64,000 bases of DNA from Desulfatiglandales bacterium (GTDB lineage: Bacteria > Desulfobacterota > DSM-4660 > Desulfatiglandales > HGW-15), in assembly GCA_963667015.2 (NCBI GenBank), contig CAXXJJ010000001.1, positions 128,001-192,000 on the forward strand, written 5' to 3'. Made by a program: the position numbers and the translations under genes. Shown here one piece after another: positions 28,801-39,100 of the stretch. The notes beneath the pieces are model-generated. The model searched no databases. It was not told where the DNA came from and worked only from the letters and a program-made list of their open reading frames with translations. Position 1 is the stretch's first letter. Each line of letters starts with the position of its first letter.

Positions 28801-29016
28801 ACATTTTGGATTTACCCGACACTCCTTCATATTGTTAATAATTTAAACCAGTTATTTTGAATAGTGCAACCATAAAAAAATGGAAAAATCAGGTTTATAA
28901 CTTATTTATAAAATGTAAGGCGTTAATACGATATTATTGTAAATAAATCAATTAGTTAAGCGAAATATGATGATATTAGAGGTTCGAACCTCTGCAAATT
29001 TCGGAAAATTTGCCCG
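28779..29016. repeat. 16-bp perfect inverted repeats bounding a 238-bp segment
   Basis: CGGGCAAATTTTCCGA (28779-28794) / TCGGAAAATTTGCCCG (29001-29016). Confidence 0.85.
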
Positions 29017-29116
29017 ATATACAATTTTTCAATACTTTCCTAAAAATATATCTATTTGAAATAATTCAAATTAATTGAAAGACAGTGAGAAAACTGCAAC
29101 ACAAGAGCGGAAAATG

Positions 29117-29145
29117 TTGACAAATATAAACATTCCGTTTATCAT
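29117..29145 (+). promoter_or_regulatory. Sigma70 promoter of integrase remnant with overlapping palindrome
   Basis: TTGACA-17nt-TATCAT; ATAAAC-ATTCC-GTTTAT overlaps spacer and -10. Confidence 0.7.
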
Positions 29146-29228
29146 TAGGGCACTTCGCAAGTAATAGTGATTTAAAAGTCATAAAACCACATTCTATAAG
29201 TCTTGTCAAAAATTTTAAGGAGGCAATA

Positions 29229-29303
29229 ATGAAACTTCTTGATCAGGTAAGGCAGGTTATGAGGAAAAGGCAGGCTATTAGACTGAAGGCTGAAGGCTGT
29301 TAG
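29229..29303 (+). pseudogene. intI: Integron integrase N-terminal remnant
   Basis: AAGGAGG RBS + MKLLDQVRQVMRKR, typical IntI start, divergent from cassettes; stops at codon 25 in repeat DNA. Confidence 0.8.
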
Positions 29304-29655
29304 GGTAAAAGATGTATAAAAGCGAGAGAGGATAACAGGCTGAAGACTGTTAGCCTGAAGGCTGTTAGGAGAAATAGAGGTCAGATGTCAGAGGTCGGTG
29401 CATCAGGAAACTTAAAATCTACGCAGAGCGTCAGAAGAGAACGTTCCCACGGTGGACTTAGGAACGAGAAATACCGGGCTAAAGAAGCTAGTTAGCCGAA
29501 GGCTGGCAGTGAAAGAGGGCGAAAGATTTTTCGCCACTACGAAAGACAAAAAAATCTGGATTCCGCGGTCGGGGCAGTGGAATGACGGCGGGGTTGTGGA
29601 TTCCACTGTCCCCGAAACAGTATCGGGATCTTCGACAAGCCGTGGAATGACGAAT
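29271..29655. repeat. Cluster of short dispersed repeat families
   Basis: CTGAAGGCTGTTAGG-type units, GGTCAGA units, GGCGAAAGATTTTTCGCC palindrome, two GGATTCC...GGAATGAC units. Confidence 0.65.
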
Positions 29656-29658
29656 GAT

Positions 29659-30315
29659 TTACAGGGTTCGGCAGGTCCAGATAATGCGGCCTATTATGCG
29701 CATACTGTTTATGCCTTCACCTTCAACAACGATGGGTTCGTACTCTTTGTTATCACTCCTTAAAAGTATCTTCCCGGGGTGCTTTTCTATACGTTTTATC
29801 ATTATTGTATCGTCTATGCCCACTGCGTAGACAAGGCCGGGTATTATGCTGTTCTGAGAGCTGTCAACAAGGACAGTGTCACCTGATTTCAACTCAGGCT
29901 CCATGCTGTTGCCGAAGACCTCCATTAATACCATTTTATCCGGCTGTCCCTTTCGTTTGAGCCATTCGCTCTGAAAGAGATATCTGTTGTTTGTTCCTTC
30001 ATCTGTTTCAAATGAGCCGTCACCCGCACACAGCCTTGCCTTCACCTTTGTGATGCCCATGAATTCAGGCTGCGTCAGCCCTGTTTCTTTTATTTTTAAA
30101 AACACGGGACCTGTTCCTGTTTCTATCCAGTCGGGACTTACCCCATGCTTTGAAAACAGAATTAAGAGCCATTTGTCAGGAACAACTCCCTTTTTTTTGG
30201 CCTGGGTAATGGCTGAGCGGTTAAGGTCAAGTACTGCTGCAAGATCGATCTGGGAGTCTATACCCAGTGCCTCAAAGGCCCTTTTGCAGAATGTTTTGAA
30301 TTTTATTTCAGGCAT
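29659..30315 (-). CDS. LexA/CI-like repressor (HTH + S24 peptidase)
   Basis: N-terminal HTH, Ala-Gly site LCAGDG, GNSMEP and IKR Ser-Lys dyad. Confidence 0.88.
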   Translation of the reverse strand: MPEIKFKTFCKRAFEALGIDSQIDLAAVLDLNRSAITQAKKKGVVPDKWLLILFSKHGVSPDWIETGTGPVFLKIKETGLTQPEFMGITKVKARLCAGDGSFETDEGTNNRYLFQSEWLKRKGQPDKMVLMEVFGNSMEPELKSGDTVLVDSSQNSIIPGLVYAVGIDDTIMIKRIEKHPGKILLRSDNKEYEPIVVEGEGINSMRIIGRIIWTCRTL

Positions 30316-30564
30316 TTTGTTTCCTTTCTTCCTCAACCCCTTCAGTCAGTAGAGAGGAATCAGTTTATATCTTTATTTAACATGTTGATTATAAAATGCA
30401 ACAATGGGTGAGTAAAGTCAAGATTTTGATGTATAGACACTGTGGACTGAATAGGCTCCTGCATTAAAAAGTGTATAATCCTGAATACTTAAAGGTTGTG
30501 TGGCAGATTAATAAATGGTAAAAAGGGCTTTAAAAAACTTCCACTAAAAAGGAAAGGGCTAACC

Positions 30565-30789
30565 GTGAGTGAACTTAACAATGAAGTGCGTTTTGGTAAA
30601 GTAGCGGCTGATATGGGTTTTATTACTATGGATCAGATGCTTAAGGCCATAGAAATCCAGGTTAGAGAAAACATCGCTTTTGGAACCCATAGAAAAATAG
30701 GTATGATTTTACTCGAAGAGGGGCATATCACCAATGCGCAGATAGATGAAGTGCTGATGGTGATGGAAGCACGAAACCAGATTGATTAA
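30565..30789 (+). CDS. Stand-alone MshEN-like protein
   Basis: Tandem RFGKVAADMGFIT..Q..KAIEIQ / KIGMILLEEGHIT..Q motifs; GTG start assumed. Confidence 0.6.
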   Translation: MSELNNEVRFGKVAADMGFITMDQMLKAIEIQVRENIAFGTHRKIGMILLEEGHITNAQIDEVLMVMEARNQID

Positions 30790-30804
30790 TCCCTCCGTTG
30801 TTTT

Positions 30805-31527
30805 TCACAGCAGGTACTCAGTCTTAACATTCTGAAGGGCATGAAATATATTGCCCTTTATTTTTCTGCTGGTTTTATATAATGCATGGAGCATTGTTTT
30901 AATCTCCTCCCGCTTGGACTTTCCGGATGTCGGGCATCCTGTTTTTATTACAGGAAATTCCATTATCCTGGCATATCTTTTAATGATGTGCTCATCCGTC
31001 ATAAAGAGAGGCCTTATTACCTGCAGGGAACCTTCAAAAAAGTCCTGTACTGGCAGCATTGTACTTAGTGATCCGCCATAAAACATGTTGATAAACAGGG
31101 TTTCTATGATGTCATCCTTGTGATGGCCAAGGGCTACCTTGTTGCATTTCAGTTCTCCTGCCAGTTCAAACACATATTTCCTCCTGACCCTTGAACACAA
31201 AAAACATGGGTTTTCAAGGTTTTCCGGACTGTGTGCCTTTGGTCCGAAATCACCTGTGAGGATTTTATAATCAAACCCGTGCTCTTCAAAATAGGCCTTC
31301 ATCAGGGCGGCGTTATCACCGCCAAAGCCGGGGTCCACATGAACGGCAGTTATTTTGTATTTTATGGGAAGCCTCCTCAGGCGTTCATGTAAAAGCCACA
31401 GGAGGGACATGCTGTCCTTTCCTCCGGAAACAGAAACAAGGATGTTATCCCCTTCTTCGGTCATGTTGTACTTGTGTATGGCCTGGCCCATGAGCCGGCG
31501 CATTTCTTTATGCACATACTTTGTCAT
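30805..31527 (-). CDS. ttcA: tRNA 2-thiocytidine synthetase TtcA
   Basis: SGGKDS PP-loop, CFLCSRVRR, GHHKDD, IRPL. Confidence 0.88.
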   Translation of the reverse strand: MTKYVHKEMRRLMGQAIHKYNMTEEGDNILVSVSGGKDSMSLLWLLHERLRRLPIKYKITAVHVDPGFGGDNAALMKAYFEEHGFDYKILTGDFGPKAHSPENLENPCFLCSRVRRKYVFELAGELKCNKVALGHHKDDIIETLFINMFYGGSLSTMLPVQDFFEGSLQVIRPLFMTDEHIIKRYARIMEFPVIKTGCPTSGKSKREEIKTMLHALYKTSRKIKGNIFHALQNVKTEYLL

Positions 31528-32183
31528 GCGTAATGCCGTTCCCCGAAAAGCCTTGTTCCTATTCTTACAAGATTGGCGCCTTCTTCAATGGCTACCTTGT
31601 ATGAATCCGACATGCCCATGGAGAGATATTTCATCTCAACCCCTTCAATGCCTGCCTTTCTGATGAAGTCAAACAGTTCACCTGTTTTTTTATAATAGGG
31701 CCTTGAATCCTCCGGATCATCACTGAAGGGTCCCATGGTCATGAGTCCCATTACCCTGATACTGGAAAGGGCGGTCATTTCCTTTATGAGGGGGATGACA
31801 TCATCCGGCATTACGCCTGCCTTCTGTTCTTCTTCTCCGCTGTTTATCTCTAAAAGTACGGGCATTACCCTGCCGGCGTCCGAACACGCTTTATCAATGA
31901 GCCTGCAGAGTTTTATGGAATCCACTGTCTCGATCATGTCGAATATGTTAACGGCCTTTTTGACCTTGTTTTTTTGAAGATGGCCTATCATGTGCCACTT
32001 TGCCCTATGGCCTATTTTTTCAAAGGCCTGCTCTGCCTCCTGAACATAGTTCTCTCCCACAATCTCGAGCCCTGCATCAATAGCCTCCAGGACCTCTTCC
32101 GGGGTCCTGGTCTTTGCTGCGCCTACCAGTTTTACCCCTTCTGGCAGTTCTTCAAGTATATTCTTTACTGATTCTTTAATCAT
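31524..32183 (-). CDS. yggS: PLP homeostasis protein YggS
   Basis: GENYVQE, WHMIGHLQKNK, LSMGMS, VRIGT. Confidence 0.95.
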   Translation of the reverse strand: MIKESVKNILEELPEGVKLVGAAKTRTPEEVLEAIDAGLEIVGENYVQEAEQAFEKIGHRAKWHMIGHLQKNKVKKAVNIFDMIETVDSIKLCRLIDKACSDAGRVMPVLLEINSGEEEQKAGVMPDDVIPLIKEMTALSSIRVMGLMTMGPFSDDPEDSRPYYKKTGELFDFIRKAGIEGVEMKYLSMGMSDSYKVAIEEGANLVRIGTRLFGERHYA

Positions 32184-32205
32184 TAAACTCTCCTGATCTT
32201 TTATA

Positions 32206-32325
32206 TCTCGCCCGCTCCCGCTGGTCGCTAGAGCTCTCAGAGGACACAGAGAAAAACTTTTTATGTTTTTAAGTATATAAACTGTTTTTGCATTTCTCTG
32301 CGCTCTCTGCGGGCTCTGCGAGAGA
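32206..32325. repeat. Intergenic imperfect inverted repeat (REP-like)
   Basis: CAGAGGACACAGAGAA / TTCTCTGCGCTCTCTGCG arms. Confidence 0.55.
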
Positions 32326-32342
32326 CATGCTTTTTGTCTTAC

Positions 32343-33386
32343 CTATAAATCCTTCCAGAACGCCCTGTGTATGTCCAGAGCCGGTTTGATTGCAAAATCC
32401 ACTATGCGTTCATTGGCCCCGGCTAAAAGGTCCGGAATGCCGGCCCTGTTAACGTCAGCCAGTTCCTGAAGCACCGCCTTAACCGAATCCCGCTGCCCGT
32501 TAATATGATACCCTCCCTCGAGGGTAATGACCAGCCTGCCTTTGCAGCATTCATCCGCAAGGTCCATCAGCAGCCTGGTAAGACCTGCAAAGCCATCCGG
32601 TGTTACATTCATGCTGCTCAGCGGATCTTTATAATAAATGTCAAAACCTGCCGAGACAAGTATAAGGTCCGGTTTGTATTCAAGGGCAACAGGTTTAAGC
32701 ACCCTGTTATAGATGGACACAAAATCACCGTCGCTGTACCCTGTGGGCAGGGGAATATTTAACGTGTATCCCTCTCCCTCTCCTGCCCCTGCTTCACCAT
32801 ATGAACCGGTCCCCGGATAATGGGGATACTGGTGAGTGGAAAAATAAAGTATGGAGCTGTCCCGGTAAAATGAATGCTGCGTTCCATTGCCATGATGCAC
32901 ATCCCAGTCCACGATAAGGACGCGATCATATCCGAGATCTTTTCTGGCATACATGGCCGCAATTGCTGCATTATTAAATATACAGAAGCCCATTGCCCTT
33001 GATTTTTCGGCATGATGCCCGGGTGGCCGCACCAGTGCGAATGCATTATCTATTTCACCGGCATCTACCATCCTCACGGCCTCACAGACTCCCCCTGCCG
33101 CAAGAAGCGCTGCCCTGTAAGAGCCGGCTGATGCCTGGGTGTCCGCATCCAGATACGTCAGATCAACTCCTTCGGTTGCAGCGATATGATCTATATAATG
33201 AGGAGAATGAACATAGAGAAGCTCGGATTCTTCAGCCTCCCGGACAGGCACATTTACAAGGATATCCTTCATATCCTGATCAAGCATTTGATAAATCGCC
33301 TCAAGTCGTTCAGGACATTCCGGATGACCTTCACCCATAAAATGTTCCATATACCTGTTATCCCGCACAATCCCGGTCTTTCTCAT
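32343..33386 (-). CDS. Histone deacetylase family protein
   Basis: HPECPERL, RPPGHHA, DWDVHHGNGTQ, LEGGY. Confidence 0.95.
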   Translation of the reverse strand: MRKTGIVRDNRYMEHFMGEGHPECPERLEAIYQMLDQDMKDILVNVPVREAEESELLYVHSPHYIDHIAATEGVDLTYLDADTQASAGSYRAALLAAGGVCEAVRMVDAGEIDNAFALVRPPGHHAEKSRAMGFCIFNNAAIAAMYARKDLGYDRVLIVDWDVHHGNGTQHSFYRDSSILYFSTHQYPHYPGTGSYGEAGAGEGEGYTLNIPLPTGYSDGDFVSIYNRVLKPVALEYKPDLILVSAGFDIYYKDPLSSMNVTPDGFAGLTRLLMDLADECCKGRLVITLEGGYHINGQRDSVKAVLQELADVNRAGIPDLLAGANERIVDFAIKPALDIHRAFWKDL

Positions 33387-33582
33387 TTCACGCCCCCATG
33401 TCAGAAATTTGATATAATACCTGAATTTTGCCCCGGACATCCAATTCGGCAAAGACGGGTTTTATCCCCCGTCGTTGCCTGGGCTTCACTGCGATAAGAA
33501 CCTGTATCTATGAACTTGATTCCCTTTAACCAATTCTGATACCATACCCCGCACAAAACATTAATAAAAAAGGTTTATTTCC

Positions 33583-33879
33583 ATGTTTTTTTTCATCGGA
33601 GGGATTCAGCCGAAAACGGTTGATATAGATAAAATGCCGGTGCTCTGCCCCTCATGCGGCCTGCTTCGCGCCAGGTATAAAAGGGTTGACCATTACCTTT
33701 CCCTGTTTTTTATTCCGGTTTTCCCGGTTAAAAAGGGGGAGCCATTTTTACATTGCGACAGATGCGGTGTACAGTCCGGTAATGGTCATATAAACAGCAG
33801 GGACCAATTCTGTAAAAATTGCGGAAGAAAACTGGAATCTGATTTTACATTTTGCCCTTTTTGCGGTAAATCATTATAA
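33583..33879 (+). CDS. Zinc-ribbon protein
   Basis: CPSC, LFFIPVFP, CDRC, CKNC, CPFCG. Confidence 0.8.
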   Translation: MFFFIGGIQPKTVDIDKMPVLCPSCGLLRARYKRVDHYLSLFFIPVFPVKKGEPFLHCDRCGVQSGNGHINSRDQFCKNCGRKLESDFTFCPFCGKSL

Positions 33880-33897
33880 AAAGACAAAGGCAGATAA

Positions 33898-34185
33898 ATG
33901 AAAAAAAAGAAAAATACACAGAGTGAAGAGATACTTGGCCAGCTGGAAGAACTGGCAGAGAACCTTGATGTAAAAGTCAGGTATGAGAAGATCCTTAAGG
34001 AAAGCGCGTTTTTCCCGGGGGGCTACTGCAAGGTAAAGGGAAAAGACTTCATAATAATTAATAAAATGGCTTCGCTGGATGACAAGGTGGAGATCATTGC
34101 CCGCGCACTACGGCTGTTTGACCTCGGCCAGATATATGTGCTTCCGGCGGTCCGGGAGCTGATCGACAGTTTCAGCAGCGACTAG
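33898..34185 (+). CDS. Conserved hypothetical protein
   Basis: 95 aa, VRYE..GGYCKVKG..YVLPAVRE. Confidence 0.7.
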   Translation: MKKKKNTQSEEILGQLEELAENLDVKVRYEKILKESAFFPGGYCKVKGKDFIIINKMASLDDKVEIIARALRLFDLGQIYVLPAVRELIDSFSSD

Positions 34186-36023
34186 CCTTTACTCTTACCT
34201 TTTTTCTTTTTTCTATAATTGGTTCTCTGGTAAAGCTCCAGGTATCTTGCCAGGGCCTGCTTCATATCTTTTCTTTCGCATATCTCCTGAATACCCCTTA
34301 TATCGTGGTAATAATCAAGATTATCATAAATGCCTGCTGAAATATTATGCAGGGCCTGTGATCTTACCAGGTTTTCATCAACCTCAAAACCCCTGGATTT
34401 CATTACCCTTGGTCCTGTGAAGATAACAAGGGCACCCGGTTCGGCGATTGTTACATCACCAAGCGCTGCATAGCTCGCTATGGCGCCGCCTGTAGAAGGA
34501 TCTGCGAGGATAGATATATAGGGGAGGCCATGTTTTTTAAGACGGTCTACCGACTCGATGGTCTTTACCATCTGCATAAGCGCGGATATACCCTCGTAAA
34601 GCCTTGCGCCGCCCGAACAGCAGACGCTTATAAACGGCATGTTTTCCTGGATTGCATAATCCACGGCCCTTCTGAACTTTTCACCAAATACAACACCCAT
34701 TGACCCGCCGCAGAAGTAGAATTCACTTATTCCCATGACAACCGGGATGTGATGTATTCTGGCGCTGCCGACAACAAGCGACTCCTTAAACCTTGACCGG
34801 CCCTCCTGTCTCTGAAGAAAATCCTTGTAATAGTCAGTAAGAGATTCCTTTTCGAGCAGTTCATCCACCGTAAGGTTTCTGTAGAGTTCATGAAAGGTGC
34901 CCGTATCCGCAAGGCAGTCTATCCATCCCTCGGCACCCAGGGTATATGTAAATCCGCACTTGGGGCAGACGAGAAAATTATTAAAAAAATCTTCAAGAGG
35001 TATAAGCTCGCCGCATCCGCCGCTGTTCCTGTCCTTTCCGGGAACACCCCCGCATTCTATAAATTCCTTGCCTGTATTCTCATACTGGTTGCCGTAATCA
35101 TCGAATATTTCCGTCATGCCGGAATGGTTGACTATCTTGATGCTCGGCGGGACCTTCTGAAACAGGTGTTTCAGCGGATTTTCTATATATCGCTTTATAT
35201 CGTGGAGTGTGCCGCCGCCCTTTAACAGCCCAAAATTTTTGGCCTTTATCTGGCGTTTTTTAAGAAGCTTTTTGATTCTTGATTTGGAGAGATCCTTTAT
35301 TGATTTAACAAGAAACTGGTTAACATTCTCAGCCATCTCTTCAAGGTTTGTAACGGTTTCAGTGGAAGGAACAATTCGGTCAATGACTCCCAGTTTTTTA
35401 AGTTCCTTTGCAGTCGGCTTCAATATTGTGAGGGCATCACTGATTCTTTCCGCGTCTCTGAAGAGTATCGAGGCAGTGCTTTCGGGCGGGGCTGTTGCAT
35501 AAAGTGCATCATCCATTTGGCCTCTTATATCCGTATACTGGACCGCAAGGGCACCGCCGCTTCCGCCCTCGCCTATTACAAGGGATATTGTCCTCACGGG
35601 AATAGTAAGGAATTCCCTGATGAGATGGGATATAAAGAATGCCTGAAAATGTCGGGCGGATTCCATAGAGATATCCGCACCATAGGTGTCAACCATACAG
35701 AATATGTATGTTTTTTCAGGATTGCCTGCGCGTGCCTTTTTAAGGATATTCAGAATCAGCGAATGATCATCAGCGGTCAGCATGCCGTAATTAAGCTTGT
35801 TCAGATCGGACTGGCTCTGCAGATCGGCAAGCCTGGGCTTTTGCTGTCCTATTACATAAAGATCCTTTTCCATAAAGGAACAGGTTCCTGCTACCAGAGA
35901 ACCTTCGCCGCTTTCTATTTTATTAAATCCCGGGAAGAGTCTCTCAATAATATCAGAGCTTCTGGGACGCATGGGGTGCCTGGTACGCTTCTTAAAAATA
36001 TCTACAAGATCCATTTTTGCCAT
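34182..36023 (-). CDS. Fused acyl-CoA carboxyltransferase alpha+beta (AccA/AccD-like)
   Basis: N-half GEGGSGGALA; C-half Zn ribbon CPKC, GGSMGVVFGEK, SGGARLYEG. Confidence 0.88.
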   Translation of the reverse strand: MAKMDLVDIFKKRTRHPMRPRSSDIIERLFPGFNKIESGEGSLVAGTCSFMEKDLYVIGQQKPRLADLQSQSDLNKLNYGMLTADDHSLILNILKKARAGNPEKTYIFCMVDTYGADISMESARHFQAFFISHLIREFLTIPVRTISLVIGEGGSGGALAVQYTDIRGQMDDALYATAPPESTASILFRDAERISDALTILKPTAKELKKLGVIDRIVPSTETVTNLEEMAENVNQFLVKSIKDLSKSRIKKLLKKRQIKAKNFGLLKGGGTLHDIKRYIENPLKHLFQKVPPSIKIVNHSGMTEIFDDYGNQYENTGKEFIECGGVPGKDRNSGGCGELIPLEDFFNNFLVCPKCGFTYTLGAEGWIDCLADTGTFHELYRNLTVDELLEKESLTDYYKDFLQRQEGRSRFKESLVVGSARIHHIPVVMGISEFYFCGGSMGVVFGEKFRRAVDYAIQENMPFISVCCSGGARLYEGISALMQMVKTIESVDRLKKHGLPYISILADPSTGGAIASYAALGDVTIAEPGALVIFTGPRVMKSRGFEVDENLVRSQALHNISAGIYDNLDYYHDIRGIQEICERKDMKQALARYLELYQRTNYRKKKKGKSKG

Positions 36024-36141
36024 AGGGACCAGCCTTTCACTTTATAAAAACAAGAAACAGGGTTTAGCATGCTTTTAAATTTGGATCAAGCCCCTGTGTT
36101 ATTTCCTGATATTTTCAAATTTATCACGATTTATCAAGACG

Positions 36142-39100
36142 TTAAGGTTTTTCTTCCTCTGTCGGCGCCTTTTCTTCCGTCGTCTCATTACCGTCTAATA
36201 CTTCAGGTTCGGTTTTTTTCATGCTCTTTTTTGACGCATTGCCTATATTTTCTATTAACCTTACAGGGGTAAGAATAGCCCTCTTTAACAATTGGCCCAG
36301 GCTCTTCAGATTTTCACTGGGGACAAGATCCATGTCAGGCTTGCTCCATGTGCCTTTCACATCATATCCTACTGTAAAGATAGTTTCATTTTCATCATCA
36401 TCGGACAAGATTGGGCCTACAACAGGTATCTTGCTTATGATATAATCCAGGTTTGTCAGGGGCTGGAGCAGCAGCCGTATCTTATGGGTCTGCGTGTACA
36501 GGTTTTCCTCACCCGAGCCTACTGCATTAAAGGCAGGACTTTTAATTATAAAATTGTCGGTCTTAAGTATCCCCTTTTCTATTACCCCGGCGCCCTCAAT
36601 AGAGTGAAAATAAAACCCTTCCTCTCCCCTCATGTCTTCAGGCCTCTGCCTGAATTTATCGGGTATATTCAATCCGTCCAGGATCTTGAGAAAAACCCTG
36701 GAGTTTCTGATCAACCCCCTGGTAACATGAATGCTGTCTATGTTACCTGATAGATTTTTAAGCAGGCCATTTTTTTTAGGCCCCTGGATATTAACAGATG
36801 CCTTCAGCGAGAGGGTTCCCTTGATGCCCATGTCACCAAAGCCTGTATCCGAAATCAGTTTCTCAACGGACTGATTATCAAGATTTATTCTGCCTTCAAT
36901 ATCGACTTTTCCGGAACCGGTTCGCCCGATGGTTCCGTTTACAGCTATATCACCGGTTTCAAGCTCGGCCTGGGCGTTTTTTATTTTAATATTTTTATCT
37001 GAAATATTTATATCGGTAACCAGTCTTTTAAACTCCAGCTTTCTCCAGATGCCACCGGAAGCGTTCAGCTTCAGGTCCATATCATATGTCTTTAACAGGG
37101 CTTTTTCAGGGCGGGCGGTTTTTCCGGCAGATACTCTCCTGTCCTTCATGACTATGTCAGTAAGGTCAAAATAATCGGCTGTTGCGAGCAGTTCACCTTT
37201 TAGATTGTCCCATCCCTGCAGAATTCCCTTCAGGTGCAGGGGATGTTCTCCGAACTTCATGTCCAGCCGGTCAATGAAGCCATTTTTACCCGAGAGGTCC
37301 AGGCGAAATGAACACCCGCTTATTGGCAGGGGTAAAAAACCGGGAATAAAAGATATATCGTCACCCGTAAGGTTCCCGTTTATCTGCATCCCTTTCATGC
37401 CTTTGCCCTGGAAATCAAAATCCAGGGTTCCCTTCAGTCTGCCGAAAAGGACATTCTCCGATCCTTTAAATCTGATACCCAGGTCTCCGATCGAGAGATC
37501 ACTGCTCATGATCCTGAGGGTATTTAATTTTTGATCTGTCAGACTGTATTTTCCTGACAGCAATACGCTGGAATTTCCAAGCCTGGCATTAATGCTGTTT
37601 ATATCCAGTTTACCGGTACTGTGCCTTAAGAGGTCGAAGGACACACTGTTTCCCCTGCCTGCTGCATGGTAGATAATGTCTTCCGACTCCAGGACGAGCC
37701 TTTCCGCATCAAGGCTGCCCCTGTATGCGTATGCCTCTTCCTGTCTGTCAATGGTTATATCGACGGGAAGGGATTCCCTGAATTTATATTTATCCGATTT
37801 AAGGCCTCTCTGAACCAGTTGATTCATATCTGCGTCGGCTGTAATCCCGGCATGTTTGATCAGGAGCCTGCTTTCGGAAAACTCCGTTATGCCTGTTATA
37901 CCGAACTGTGTATTACCAAGTGATCCCTGTCCTGAAAAGGTATTGCTTCCCTCCTCCGGGAAATGAAAGTCAATCTGAGTGAACCGCAGGGGAAGATCCA
38001 AAAACCTTTTGTGGAAAAGGGTGTCACTGAAGGAAAAATCTCCCCCAATGGTCCACGGGGATTCCAAACCCTTTTGGTAGCCGATGGTAGCGCTTGTCGT
38101 GAGTCTCCCGTTCAGTCCGCTGTATTCTTCTATCCTCAGCCTGGCTTTTTCGGGCATTACGTTCAGGCTGCGCTGGCTCATCAACTCCCGGATATCAAAA
38201 TCGCCGGCTGCAAACACCGTGAATACAGGGGGCCCGCCTATCATTCTGTCAACATTAAGCGATCCCTCTTTTATTTCCGATTCTCCGAATATCCCGCTCA
38301 GCCCGGAAATCTTAAGGCTGCCATTCGAGATGTCAACAGCAGCCGTGACCCCTGTAACAGGGATTTGTAAGCCCATGTTTGCTACAGTGAAATCCTTACA
38401 TGTAAGGTGCATCTCAAATATAGAATGGTTTTCCTTTGCCCTTATGTGTCTGAACTGATCAACCCTGCCGTCCAGGACAAGTTTATCCATTCTTACAATC
38501 CCGTCTTCAAACATGGGGAAGAGGGTATCTTCAAGCCATGACTTTGTTAATGGAAAAGGATAATTATCATTAAAGGTATGAACAGACATGAACTTACTTT
38601 TGGCAGCCATTCTAAAATAAGGGTCAGCCCGGTTGGTCAGGTCAATTATCATATCCAGATCAATATCGAGATCAGGTTTTTTCACATTAAGTGAATCGAT
38701 CCGGATTACCTGATCCTTCATTGAGGCATAAAGAACACAATCGAGTTTAGGGACGTTGAATTTCTTTGATTGTCCCATATGTGTCAGGGTGAAGGCTGCG
38801 GAACTGAAATTCAGGGTTCCTCCAAGCCTTATGCCCTGTGCCGGATCGCCTATTATGTTCAGATCGCAGTTCACGAGTCCTTTATTAAAATCTATTTTTT
38901 TACTGGACTCCGGGACCCAGGCAAGGGGGGTGTTCTCAGTTTTGAGCGCGGCGCTGAATACGCTATTGAGGATGTCATCCGGATTAACGTCTATTGTACT
39001 TTTTATGCTGAATTCGGATTTTTCATCTTTGCAGGTTACCCTGCCGCTGCCTGATACTTTGAATGTATTTGATGTCTCTTCAACATGCTCCAGTATTGCG

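Noticed and set aside
29412..29763. ORFs 29412-29606 and 29452-29763 as remainder of intI
   Set aside because: No tyrosine-recombinase motifs; they run through repeat DNA and antisense to the repressor gene
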